A DNA stretch of 64,000 nt from Phycisphaerae bacterium (GTDB lineage: Bacteria; Planctomycetota; Phycisphaerae; UBA1845; Fen-1342), in contig JASFQK010000015.1 of NCBI GenBank assembly GCA_050115495.1, positions 64,001 through 128,000 of the forward strand. Reading direction: 5' to 3'. Under the pieces are notes generated by a model. That model made no database searches. It saw only the letters and a list, made by a program, of their open reading frames with translations, and was not told the DNA's origin. The position numbers and the translations under genes were made by a program. Of this stretch, positions 29,743-39,231 are shown one piece after another (the first letter of the stretch is position 1; every line of letters begins with the position of its first letter).

Positions 29743-31200
29743 TCAGACCCGGACGGACGCCGCGGGGGGGCGGGTCGTGCCGAGGCGCTGGAGTGTGGGG
29801 GTAACGATGCGGTCGAGGTATTCGCGAGTCTGCAACGGGGCGAGGCCGACGTAGCGTTTGGCGTCGAGCACCTTCGCCCAGGGCAGTTTGGCGAACGCCG
29901 GGTCGGCTTGCAGGCGGTCGATGAGGTCGTTCGGGCGGGCGTGGCGTTTGACCTGCTGGCCGGCGGCCTGGCTGTGCTGGCGGAGGCGTTCGTGCAACTC
30001 CTGCCGGTCGCCGCCGCGGGCGACGCCGGCGAGGAGGATCTCCTCGCTGGCGATGAAGGGCAGCTCGGCGGCGACGTGGGCGGCGATCGTCTCGGGATAG
30101 ACGACGAGTCCATCGCAGATGTTCCGCAACAGGACGGCGATAGCATCGGCGGCAAGGAACGCTTCGGGTACGACGAGCCGCTTGGTGCTCGAATCATCGA
30201 GCGTGCGTTCGAGCATCTGCTCGGCGAACGTGTTGTACGCCGGAGCGACGAGACCGATGAGGAAGCGGGCCAGGCCGGTGGTCCGCTCGCAACGCATGGG
30301 GTTGCGCTTGTAAGGCATGGCCGAACTGCCGACCTGCGACTTCTCGAAGGGCTCCTCGATCTCCTTGAGCATGGCCAGGACGCGCAGGTCGTTGCACATC
30401 TTGTGGGCGCTGCCGGCGAGCGAGCCGAGCGTGGCCAGCACCTCGACGTCCACTTTGCGCGAGTAGACCTGGCCCGTCACCGGGTAACACGCGGCGAAGC
30501 CCAGACGCGTGGCGAAGAGCTTCTCCAGGCGGGCCACCTTGCGCGGCGTGCCGACGAGGCCGAGGAACGACGCCTGTGTACCCGTCGCGCCGCGCAGACC
30601 GCGACAGCGCAAACCGCGGCGTAGGCCGGCGACGACCTCGAGGTCGCGCAGCAGGTCGCTCAGCCAGAGCGTGGCCCGCTTGCCGACGGTGGTCAGTTGT
30701 GCCGGCTGCAAGTGCGTGAAGCCGAGCGTGGGCAGGTCGGCGTGCTTGGCACAGAAACCGGCCAGCACCCGGCACACCTCGGCCAGCCGCGCTTCGAGCA
30801 GCGTCAGGGCCTCGCGCATGAGGATGAGGTCGGCGTTGTCGACGACGTCCATGCTGGTCATGCCCAGGTGGATGATGCCGCGGGCCGCGGGGGCCGCGTC
30901 GCCGAAGGCGCGGATGTGGGCCATGACGTCGTGACGCAGCTCGCGCTCGTATTTCGCGACGGCCTTGAAGTCGATGTCGTCAAGAGCGCGGCTCATGGCC
31001 CGGATGGCGGCGGCGCTGATGGGGGCGCCGAGTTCGCGCTGGGCGAGAGCGGCGGCCAGCCAGACGCGCCGCCAGGTGCCGTAGCGGCTTTCGGCACTGA
31101 AGATGTGCAGCATGTCCTCGGACGCGTAGCGCGCCGCCAGGGGATGCTCGAACGAATCGGCCGACGGACGAGGCTGCGGGCGACGCGAGCGAGGGGCCAT
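29743..31200 (-). CDS. purB: Adenylosuccinate lyase
   Basis: HPLAARYAS, RHDVMAH, GFTHLQPAQ, GSSAMPYKRNPMRCE, ERTLDDS. Confidence 0.96.
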   Translation of the reverse strand: MAPRSRRPQPRPSADSFEHPLAARYASEDMLHIFSAESRYGTWRRVWLAAALAQRELGAPISAAAIRAMSRALDDIDFKAVAKYERELRHDVMAHIRAFGDAAPAARGIIHLGMTSMDVVDNADLILMREALTLLEARLAEVCRVLAGFCAKHADLPTLGFTHLQPAQLTTVGKRATLWLSDLLRDLEVVAGLRRGLRCRGLRGATGTQASFLGLVGTPRKVARLEKLFATRLGFAACYPVTGQVYSRKVDVEVLATLGSLAGSAHKMCNDLRVLAMLKEIEEPFEKSQVGSSAMPYKRNPMRCERTTGLARFLIGLVAPAYNTFAEQMLERTLDDSSTKRLVVPEAFLAADAIAVLLRNICDGLVVYPETIAAHVAAELPFIASEEILLAGVARGGDRQELHERLRQHSQAAGQQVKRHARPNDLIDRLQADPAFAKLPWAKVLDAKRYVGLAPLQTREYLDRIVTPTLQRLGTTRPPAASVRV

Positions 31201-31204
31201 GTAC

Positions 31205-32422
31205 TTAGTCCTCCAGCGCCTGGCGGACGTCGGCCACCAGGTCTTCGGTATCCTCCAGCCCGACGTGTAGGCGGATGAGCCAGGTCGGGTCGGGCATGTC
31301 CTTCGAGAAAAGCGTACCGCCGACAATGAGGCTCTCGTAACCGCCCCAGCTTACGCCGATGCGGAACAGCTTCGTGCGATCCATGAAGCGGTGGGTAGCC
31401 TCCCGGCTCTGGTCGTGCAGCTCGAAGCTGAACAGGCTGCTGTAGCCGCTGAGCTGACGCTCGGCGACGGCGTGCTGCGGATGCGACGGCAACCCGGGAT
31501 GATGCACGCGGCGGACGCGGGGATGCTCCGCGAGTAATTGGGCGACGGCGAGCCCGCTGCGCTGATGCTGCTGCATGCGCAGGGGCAGCGTGCGCAGCCC
31601 GCGCAGAAGCAGCCACGCCGCGAACGGATCGGGCGTGGCGCCCAGCAGCTCCATCTCGCGGAACACGCCGCGGCGTAGCTTTTCGTCACGACCCACGACG
31701 ATGCCGGCGACCACGTCGCTGTGACCACCGATGAACTTGGTGGCGCTGTGCACGACCAGATCGCAACCGAGATCCAGCGGCCGCTGGAAACACGGTGTGG
31801 CCCACGAGTTGTCGAACATGGTCACCAGGCCGCGCTCGCGGGCGGCGGCGGCGATGGGGGCCACGTCGGGCATCTCGAAGCGCCCGCTCGTCGGGCTCTC
31901 CAGGTACACGACGCGTGTCTCGGGGCGGATGGCCGCGATGAACGCCGCCGGGTCGCAGCCCTCGACGAAGGTCGTCTCGACGCCGAAGCGCGGCAGGTAC
32001 TGCCGCAGGTAGCGGTACGTCGGCCGGTAGACGCCGGCGACCGCGACGATGTGTGCTCCGGCGCGCAGGCACGAGTTGAGCGTGGCCGTGATAGCGCCCA
32101 TGCCCGAGGCGGCGGCGAAAGCCCACGTGCCGTGCTCGAGTTCGGCGATCTTCGCCTGGAGGATCGCCGTCGTCGGGTTGCCGACGCGCGTGTATTCAAA
32201 GTGCGGGCTGGTCGGCTCTTCGCGCTGCTCCCAGGCGGCAGCATCGGGGTAAACGAACGTCGAAGCCTGGTAGATCGGCACGGCGGCGGCGCCGTGGTGG
32301 GCGGAGGGGTCTTCGGCAGAGTGTGTACAGATCGTCCCCGGGCCGGGATTGGGCACCGGATCATCCGTGGAGGGCCGGGGACAGATCTCCACGCTTTCCG
32401 GATCGAAGTCGAATGGGTTCAT
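31205..32422 (-). CDS. Cys/Met metabolism PLP enzyme (cystathionine gamma-lyase/synthase family)
   Basis: YTRVGNPT, SGMGAI, DNSWATP, HSATKFIGGHSD, SWGGYESL, RLHVGLED. Confidence 0.92.
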   Translation of the reverse strand: MNPFDFDPESVEICPRPSTDDPVPNPGPGTICTHSAEDPSAHHGAAAVPIYQASTFVYPDAAAWEQREEPTSPHFEYTRVGNPTTAILQAKIAELEHGTWAFAAASGMGAITATLNSCLRAGAHIVAVAGVYRPTYRYLRQYLPRFGVETTFVEGCDPAAFIAAIRPETRVVYLESPTSGRFEMPDVAPIAAAARERGLVTMFDNSWATPCFQRPLDLGCDLVVHSATKFIGGHSDVVAGIVVGRDEKLRRGVFREMELLGATPDPFAAWLLLRGLRTLPLRMQQHQRSGLAVAQLLAEHPRVRRVHHPGLPSHPQHAVAERQLSGYSSLFSFELHDQSREATHRFMDRTKLFRIGVSWGGYESLIVGGTLFSKDMPDPTWLIRLHVGLEDTEDLVADVRQALED

Positions 32423-32424
32423 TG

Positions 32425-33540
32425 TCACAGCGTGTCCGGTTTGCCGGTCACGGTCAAGCGGGCGAAGTGGTCGACGTTCGGCAGGAGCGTTGCCGCCCGG
32501 CGGAAGACGATTTCGTTGAAGCCGAGGTGACGATAGATGGTGACGGTTCGCTGCGGCCAAGCGGGTTGGGCAGCGATAGCCCGATAATGTCGGCCCAGAT
32601 CGCGTCGAAACCGCAGCATCGCCGGCGGAACCGGGAAGTCCGAGCCGAAGAGCAGCTTCGAGTGCAACGCCTGTTGGCGGGCCAGTCGGCGAAGGAACGG
32701 CACCTTCGGCCAGGCAGCCATGGCGGAGATGTCGGCGTAGAGGGGGGAGTCGGCGAACTCGCCGGCGAGGGCCGCGACGAGGATTCGGAACCCCTCCCGG
32801 TCGCCGAAGGGCATGGCCGGCGTGGCGACGTGGGCGACGATCGCCGTCGGCTCAGCGCCTTCAGCGCGCAGTCGGCGGAGGACGTCCAGCAGCGCCGGCA
32901 TCGAGCGGTACGCCGAGTGCTGGGTGGCGAGCGTGAACTCGGGGCCGCAGTGGATCAGCAGCGGCAGGTCGAGATCTGCGCAACGGCGCAGGAAGGCCAG
33001 GCTCCGTGGATCGTGCGGGTTGATGTTCTGGTGAAGGGGCATCCACTTCAGCAGACAGGCGCCGGCGGCGAAGACCTCATCGAGACAGGCCAGGGCGTCC
33101 GGGCGATACGGGTGCACGGAGGCGCCGAACAGGAATCGCGTCGGGTGCCGGCGGCAGGTGGCGCGGATCAGCGAGTTCGAGACGTACATGTCGCTGCCGA
33201 GCTGTCGGCGCGTCTCGGGCAGTGGCGGCCGGCGACCGTGGTCGTCGTGATAGGCGTCGAAGGCGAGGAGGACACAGCGCTCGACGGGACCGTCGGCGAG
33301 GAGGTGGCGCTCGAACCATTGCTCCAACTGGCGGTCCAGTTCAGGCCCGGGCCGCAGGCGCATGTCGAAGCCGAGGTAGCGCTGCCAGAGACGCCAGGTC
33401 GGCCGCTGGAGGACGCGCGGGGCGAGGCAGGAGTCGTACGCCGGCACGCCGTCGATCTCGGCCGGCTCGAAGGAGAAGCGATCGTCGGGCTGAGCAAGGT
33501 GGCGGGTGAAGGCGTAATGGCAGTGCAGGTCGATGATCAT
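32425..33540 (-). CDS. Amidohydrolase_2 family protein
   Basis: IDLHCH, ASVHPYR, LIHCG, AHVA, LLFGSDFP. Confidence 0.85.
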   Translation of the reverse strand: MIIDLHCHYAFTRHLAQPDDRFSFEPAEIDGVPAYDSCLAPRVLQRPTWRLWQRYLGFDMRLRPGPELDRQLEQWFERHLLADGPVERCVLLAFDAYHDDHGRRPPLPETRRQLGSDMYVSNSLIRATCRRHPTRFLFGASVHPYRPDALACLDEVFAAGACLLKWMPLHQNINPHDPRSLAFLRRCADLDLPLLIHCGPEFTLATQHSAYRSMPALLDVLRRLRAEGAEPTAIVAHVATPAMPFGDREGFRILVAALAGEFADSPLYADISAMAAWPKVPFLRRLARQQALHSKLLFGSDFPVPPAMLRFRRDLGRHYRAIAAQPAWPQRTVTIYRHLGFNEIVFRRAATLLPNVDHFARLTVTGKPDTL

Positions 33541-33551
33541 GGCGCTGAGCG

Positions 33552-34370
33552 TCAGGGCGGCGGTGCATCGTCGGGTGGCCGGTCGGCGGCCCAGTCGGCA
33601 AGGTCGTCGGAGAGATTGAGCGGGGCGGGCCGCCGGGCGCGTAGCGCGCTGATGTCGGTGCGGCCGACGCGGGCGGCGCGACGCAGCAGTAACACGGTGA
33701 TGATGAGGCCGGCGACAACCGCGGCGACGAGCCAGCGCCAATCGACGTTGTTCGCGCTGCTCGTGATCGGGGCGGACCGGCTGACCTCGGTCGGTCCGGG
33801 GGCGACGATGAGGGCGGCGAGGCCGGGTCGGCCGGAACGCGTGGGGTATCGCCGCATCTGGACGAAGTAGCCGGTGAAGCGGACGTCGGCTTCGAGCGGC
33901 AGGTCGCTGACGTCGTTCGTGCAGATCACGGTGCAGGCGACGGGCTCGTCGGGGCGGCGTAGTTCGAGCTGCCAGACGGTGCCGAGGTCGGGCCTGGCGC
34001 CGTGCACGTACGAGTCCTTGTTGCGGCCGAGCGTGCCCTCGATGGTGACGGCCTTGCCGCGGAAGTCGGCGGGACGTTCGACGAGCTGCTGCCAGTCGTC
34101 GATGACGATCGGCTCGATGGCGAAGCCGGGCGACCGTGGCGAGCGTTTCACGAATTCGAGGATGGCGTAGTACGCGGGGTTATTGAAATCGTACGTGTAG
34201 TCCTGGACCGAATCGAGCAGCGTCGCGACGGCGGGCGGCAGCTCGGTGGTCGGGGCGGTGCTGGTGGCCGGCTGGGATGTCTGCGCGAAGGCTGCGGGCG
34301 GCGGCGTGCCGGCGCCGCAAAGCGCCGCGAGAACGCCCGCGGCGGTCAGGAGTCGCCGTCTTCGTCCCAT
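33552..34370 (-). CDS. Hypothetical exported protein with C-terminal TM anchor
   Basis: Signal peptide, PADFRGKAVTIEG (OB-fold-like), C-terminal TM. Confidence 0.65.
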   Translation of the reverse strand: MGRRRRLLTAAGVLAALCGAGTPPPAAFAQTSQPATSTAPTTELPPAVATLLDSVQDYTYDFNNPAYYAILEFVKRSPRSPGFAIEPIVIDDWQQLVERPADFRGKAVTIEGTLGRNKDSYVHGARPDLGTVWQLELRRPDEPVACTVICTNDVSDLPLEADVRFTGYFVQMRRYPTRSGRPGLAALIVAPGPTEVSRSAPITSSANNVDWRWLVAAVVAGLIITVLLLRRAARVGRTDISALRARRPAPLNLSDDLADWAADRPPDDAPPP

Positions 34371-34954
34371 GGGTAGCTCGGGGCGGAGGTTGTGGGAGCG
34401 GAAGAGGTCGTCGGCGTCTCGGGTGCGCGGGGCTGGAGGTCGGCGGGCGCGGGCATCATCCGCCAATCGCCGTCCTCGATGAAGACCAGGATGCCGACGG
34501 CGTTGTGCTGCCGGCGGATGCGGACTTCGCTCTCGGGCTGGAACTCGAGGCGGGCGATCACGAGGTGCACATCGTCGGCGAGGTCCGCGCGCGGGAGCGG
34601 CTCGATCGAGGTGACTTCGAGGCTCTTCAGGGCGTGGAAAATCGCCTGGAAGCGATCGCGGCTGCCCGGGTCGCAGTGGCGGCTGACCAACTGCCGGTAG
34701 CCGGCGTAGTCGCCCGCGAGGCACGTTTCGAGAAACTGCCGGACGAAGGCGACGACGTCGGGGTATTCGTCGGGCAGCGGGTCCGCGAAGCGATACTCGG
34801 GCTTGATCGGCGGCGGCGGCACGCGGTCGGGGTCGGTTCGGCTCGCGCCGGTCGGCTGCGTGCTCGACGAGGCGCCACGGTCGCACCCCGACAGCATCAC
34901 CGCCGCCGTCAGCAGCACGGGCAGGAACCAGATCCGACAAACGCAGCGCAGCAT
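34346..34954 (-). CDS. Hypothetical lipoprotein
   Basis: Lipobox LSGC; GGAAGGAG RBS. Confidence 0.65.
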   Translation of the reverse strand: MLRCVCRIWFLPVLLTAAVMLSGCDRGASSSTQPTGASRTDPDRVPPPPIKPEYRFADPLPDEYPDVVAFVRQFLETCLAGDYAGYRQLVSRHCDPGSRDRFQAIFHALKSLEVTSIEPLPRADLADDVHLVIARLEFQPESEVRIRRQHNAVGILVFIEDGDWRMMPAPADLQPRAPETPTTSSAPTTSAPSYPWDEDGDS

Positions 34955-34974
34955 CGGCAAGACTCCTTCCCGGC

Positions 34975-36138
34975 TCATCCCCGGCGGGCGTAACGGACCG
35001 CCTGCTTCAGCCAGGTTACGACCTCGGCGGGTGCCGCGGCGAGGTCTTCGAAATCGAAGAAGGTCACGCCGGCCTCGGTGGCCTGCGCTACGAAGCGGAC
35101 GAACTCGCTGGCGGCCAGCGGGTGCAGGGCGCTCAGCGGCAACGCCAGGCCGTGGCGGCCAGAGTGGACGAACCGTTCACGCAGGACGTCGACGGCCCGC
35201 GGTACGAGCATCGTGGCGACCTCGGCCCGGGCGGCGACCGTCCAGGCGCCGCCAACCGGAGCATCGTCGCCGGTAGCTGTTGGACGCGGGGCTTCGTCGG
35301 GGCGGATCAGGATCATCTCGCGGTCGGCGAATGACTCGGCCAAACCGTCGAGCCAGTGTCGCAGGTCGGCGGCCCGGGCGGCGCGGAAAGCGGCCACCTC
35401 GGGCTCGGAGGCGGCACGACCGGGATGGCGGGCGGCACGCTCCTCCGGGCTGGCGGCGGCGAGAGACTCGGTGCGGGCTCGGACGAGGCCGGCGATGGCG
35501 TCGGCGTCGAGACCGGCCGCGGTGGCGATCTGCCGACACGCCGGGCAGAAGCACAGGCCCAGCCACGGCTCGATGGGGAAGAGACGATCAGGCTCGCCAC
35601 CGTCGTTAGGCGAGCACGGCTCGACGCGGACGCCTTCGATTTCGAGGCCGTCGGGCGCGTAGCGGACGGCGTCGCGGAGGGTGGCCCGCAGCAGTTCGCG
35701 GAAACCGGGCTGGCATGGGCACGGGGCGTAGGACGTGCGCCGTTCGCCCCAGGCGCCGTGCACGGCCAGCTCGGGGGACTGGTCGAGGATTTGACGGACA
35801 GCCGACAGGTGCACGCGCAATATCAGCCGCAGGCCGAGGCGGGCGACCTGGTCGCGCAAGTCGCCGAGGACGTCGCGGGAGGCCAGCCAGCGGGCGGGTC
35901 GGGGACGCAAGCCGGTGGCTTCGTAGAGCGCCGCCTGCGGCGCGAAGTGCCAGCCGCCTTCGGTGTGAAAGTAAGGCGGATTGAAGCCGCCCGTGATGCC
36001 GAAGCCGGTCAGCTCTCCGGTGACGACGGGCACGGTGAGGTGATCGAGGCCGACCTCGCCGTGGACGCGTTCGAGGAGATCGCCCACGAGGCGGGGCTGG
36101 TTCCAGAGGTAATGGAGAAATCCGAAATCGCCCGCCAT
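34975..36138 (-). CDS. Putative glycoside-hydrolase-like TIM-barrel protein
   Basis: CPCQP..RELL, DGLEIE and CFCPACR pattern, as in GHL/DUF187-like proteins. Confidence 0.5.
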   Translation of the reverse strand: MAGDFGFLHYLWNQPRLVGDLLERVHGEVGLDHLTVPVVTGELTGFGITGGFNPPYFHTEGGWHFAPQAALYEATGLRPRPARWLASRDVLGDLRDQVARLGLRLILRVHLSAVRQILDQSPELAVHGAWGERRTSYAPCPCQPGFRELLRATLRDAVRYAPDGLEIEGVRVEPCSPNDGGEPDRLFPIEPWLGLCFCPACRQIATAAGLDADAIAGLVRARTESLAAASPEERAARHPGRAASEPEVAAFRAARAADLRHWLDGLAESFADREMILIRPDEAPRPTATGDDAPVGGAWTVAARAEVATMLVPRAVDVLRERFVHSGRHGLALPLSALHPLAASEFVRFVAQATEAGVTFFDFEDLAAAPAEVVTWLKQAVRYARRG

Positions 36139-36253
36139 AGCGCACACGTGTCTTCTACGTCGTCCCGGGCGTACGCCGCCGGGAAGGGTGAGGGTAGCCG
36201 ATTCCACGGGGGTCTGCTAGCATGAGTTGCGAGTGTTTTTGGGAGTGGTGCTC

Positions 36254-37852
36254 GTGGCACGCCAGGGCGAAACCGAAGGTTACTATCGTCACTGTCCCGG
36301 CGAAGAGCAGGTGCGCATTTCGGAAGCGATCTGCCTGGGCCGCCGGCGGGCGAACTACGGGAAGTGTCCGGGCTGTCCGTTCAACGATGATGAGCGTGAC
36401 CAGCCCGCTCACCCGGTTCGACCGGTCAAGCAGGCACAGGCGGCGCTGGCGCTCGAGGCGCAGACGGAGATGAGCGTGATTGACAAGGTGTTCAAAGCGT
36501 ACGACGTACGGGCGACGGTGCCCGATATGCTCAACGAGGACGTGGCCTGGCGCATCGGGAACGCCACGGCCCAGTTCCTGCGCTCCTCGCTGGTCGGCTA
36601 CGACCGCAGCGACACGAAGATGAACACGCTGATCGTGGGCCGGGACATGCGCAAGCACAGCCCGGCGCTATGCGCAGCGTTCATCCAGGGCGCGCAGTCG
36701 ATCGGCACGCAGGTGGTGGACATCGGCATGATCGATACGTCGCAGATCTACTTCGCGACGAACTTCATGCCCTGCTGCGGCGGCGTGCAGACCACGGCCA
36801 GCCACAACCCGGCCAACTACAACGGCTTCAAGATCAGCGGGCCGAAGGGCAAGCCGATCGGGGCCGAGACGGGGCTCAAGGAGATCCAGCGCATCGCCAA
36901 GGCGATCGCCCGCCACCCGGTACGGGACACAGGCAGCGTCCGGCAGATGGATCTGTCCAGCGAGTACCGTGAGTATCTGCACAAGTTCCTGCGCGAGCCA
37001 CGACCGTTGAAGGTCGTGATCGATGCCTCGAACGGCATGGCCGGACGGTGGTTCCCGATCCTGTTCGACGGCGTGCCCAACCTGACCATCATCCCGTTGA
37101 ACTTCGAGCACAACGGCGAGTTCGTGCATCCGCCGAATCCGCTGATCCCGGCGAACCTGGAGCAGTTGCGAGCGGCCGTGCGCGAGCACGGGGCGGACTT
37201 CGGGGCCTGCTTCGACGGCGACGCCGACCGCTGCATGTTCGTGGACGAGCATGCCGACATCGTGCGCTGCGACCTGATCACCGCCCTGCTGGCCGGTGAA
37301 TACCTGCGGCGAGCGCCCGGCTCGGCGGTCGTGTACGACCTGCGCTCCAGCCGTGTGGTGCCCGACCAGATCAAGAAACTGGGCGGCATTCCCAAGCGCG
37401 AGCGCGTCGGCCACGTCTTCATGAAGCGAACGATGGCGGAGAACAACGCCATCTTCGGCGGCGAGCTGAGCGGGCACTTCTATTTCCGAGATTTCTTCCA
37501 TTGCGACTCGGGAATGATGGCCTTCATCGCCGTCGTGAACGTGCTTTCGCGGACGGGCAAGCCGCTGAGTGAGCTGCTGCACCCGTTGGAGGTCTACGTC
37601 GCCAGCGGCGAGCAGAACTTCGAGACGGATGACAAGGACGGCGTGCTCCGCGGGCTGACCGAGAAGTATCACGACGCGGAAATCGATCATCTCGACGGGA
37701 TCACGGTGCAGTACCCAGACTGGTGGTTCAACGTGCGGCCGTCGAACACAGAGCCGCTCTTGCGGCTGAACATGGAGGCCGCCAGCCAGAGCCTGTTGGA
37801 GCACAAGCTGGCCGAGCTGACCCCCCTGCTGGGTCGGGCGGTGAGCCACTAA
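36254..37852 (+). CDS. Phosphomannomutase/phosphoglucomutase with Cys-rich N-terminal extension
   Basis: FKAYDVR, TASHNP, FDGDADR, GGELSGHFYF, VRPSNTEP; start codon uncertain (36227-36254). Confidence 0.92.
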   Translation: MARQGETEGYYRHCPGEEQVRISEAICLGRRRANYGKCPGCPFNDDERDQPAHPVRPVKQAQAALALEAQTEMSVIDKVFKAYDVRATVPDMLNEDVAWRIGNATAQFLRSSLVGYDRSDTKMNTLIVGRDMRKHSPALCAAFIQGAQSIGTQVVDIGMIDTSQIYFATNFMPCCGGVQTTASHNPANYNGFKISGPKGKPIGAETGLKEIQRIAKAIARHPVRDTGSVRQMDLSSEYREYLHKFLREPRPLKVVIDASNGMAGRWFPILFDGVPNLTIIPLNFEHNGEFVHPPNPLIPANLEQLRAAVREHGADFGACFDGDADRCMFVDEHADIVRCDLITALLAGEYLRRAPGSAVVYDLRSSRVVPDQIKKLGGIPKRERVGHVFMKRTMAENNAIFGGELSGHFYFRDFFHCDSGMMAFIAVVNVLSRTGKPLSELLHPLEVYVASGEQNFETDDKDGVLRGLTEKYHDAEIDHLDGITVQYPDWWFNVRPSNTEPLLRLNMEAASQSLLEHKLAELTPLLGRAVSH

Positions 37853-39102
37853 TGGCCGCCGCGGTCCCTGCTGACGCCGAGAAGCTCGTCCACGTGCGGC
37901 TGGACAGTGGCGTGGAGTTCGCCGCCGACGTGCTCGACGAGCGGAACACGATGGCGCTGTGCTTCCGCGTGCTGACCGGACTGGTGGACGAGCCGGAAGA
38001 GCTGACGGGCATCAGCGGCATCGTCGAACGGACGCTGTCGAAGGGGACCCGCCAGTACAACGGGCAGGGATTGGCCGACGCGTTTGACGCGCTGGGGGCG
38101 CAGTGGTCGTCCGCCAGCGGGCGGCAATCGACGCTCGTGCGCGTGCTCTGCCTGCCAGAATTCGTCACCGACGTGGTAACGCTGGTGGGCGAGATGATCC
38201 GCCACCCCACGTTTCCGGACGAGGCCTGTCGCATCGCGGTCGATCTGGCCCGGCAGGAGCGGCGGAACCTGGAGGACGAGCCGGGGGACCTGGTGCGAAT
38301 CCTGATCCAGCGGCTGACGCTGGGACCGGTGCTGGGGCGCTATCCCGGCGGCGACGACGAGACGCTGGCCCGCATCACGCCGGAGCTGATCCGGCAGCAT
38401 TGGCAGCGCTACTTCCACGCCGGGCGGATCCAGGTGACGGCGGCCGGGCCGGTCGATCCGGAGAAGCTGGCAGCGGCCGTCGATCACACATTCGCCGATT
38501 TCGGCAGTGCCGAGCCGGCGGGGCGGGAACCGGCGGACTTCACGTTCACGCCGGAGCAGGTGCACCAGGAGAAAAACACCGAGCAGCAGTACATCGCCAT
38601 GACCCTCCCGGGAATGCCGCGTGACCACGAGGATTTCCCGATCGAGCAGGTGGTGCTGCACGTGCTGGCCGGGGGGATGAGCAGCCGGCTGTTCACCGAG
38701 GTGCGGGAGAAACAGGGTCTGGTTTACTGGGTCGGAGCCTGGCACGAACAGCCGCGAGGCAAGGGAATCATCCACCTGGGGGCGAGCACGATGCCGAAGC
38801 GCTCGGCCCGGACGCTGGCCACATTGCACCGCGAACTGACCCGGCTGGGCGAGGATCTGAGCGAAGATGAAGTGCGGCGGGCCCGCGACAGCCTGATCGC
38901 CCACCACGAGACGGAAACGGACCTGACCCGGGCCCGGGCGAGCCACCTGAGCGATGATCTGTTCCATTTTTCTCGGCCGATCGGGCTGGAGCCCAAACTC
39001 CGGGCGATCCGCGAGGTGACGGTGGACGCGGCGAAGGCGTTCGTCCAGCGGCTGCCGCGTGACCGGGTCTGCGTGGCGACGCTGGGGCCGCCGGCGCCGT
39101 AG
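37852..39102 (+). CDS. M16 peptidase family, non-catalytic subunit
   Basis: LSKGT, GGMSSRLFTEVREKQGLVY; lacks HxxEH. Confidence 0.85.
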   Translation: MAAAVPADAEKLVHVRLDSGVEFAADVLDERNTMALCFRVLTGLVDEPEELTGISGIVERTLSKGTRQYNGQGLADAFDALGAQWSSASGRQSTLVRVLCLPEFVTDVVTLVGEMIRHPTFPDEACRIAVDLARQERRNLEDEPGDLVRILIQRLTLGPVLGRYPGGDDETLARITPELIRQHWQRYFHAGRIQVTAAGPVDPEKLAAAVDHTFADFGSAEPAGREPADFTFTPEQVHQEKNTEQQYIAMTLPGMPRDHEDFPIEQVVLHVLAGGMSSRLFTEVREKQGLVYWVGAWHEQPRGKGIIHLGASTMPKRSARTLATLHRELTRLGEDLSEDEVRRARDSLIAHHETETDLTRARASHLSDDLFHFSRPIGLEPKLRAIREVTVDAAKAFVQRLPRDRVCVATLGPPAP

Positions 39103-39148
39103 GGTCGGCCGGGAAGGTGCCGGGCCGGCGGCGGCCGGAGTGGCCCAC

Positions 39149-39176
39149 TTGGCACGTTTGGGGGGCATGCTATACT
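39149..39176 (+). promoter_or_regulatory. Sigma70-like promoter of EF-G2
   Basis: TTGGCA-16 bp-TATACT with extended TG. Confidence 0.5.
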
Positions 39177-39231
39177 GGGGGTTTCGCTAGACTGGCGGGG
39201 GATCGGGTCCCGCGACTGACGGAGGCCGTGC

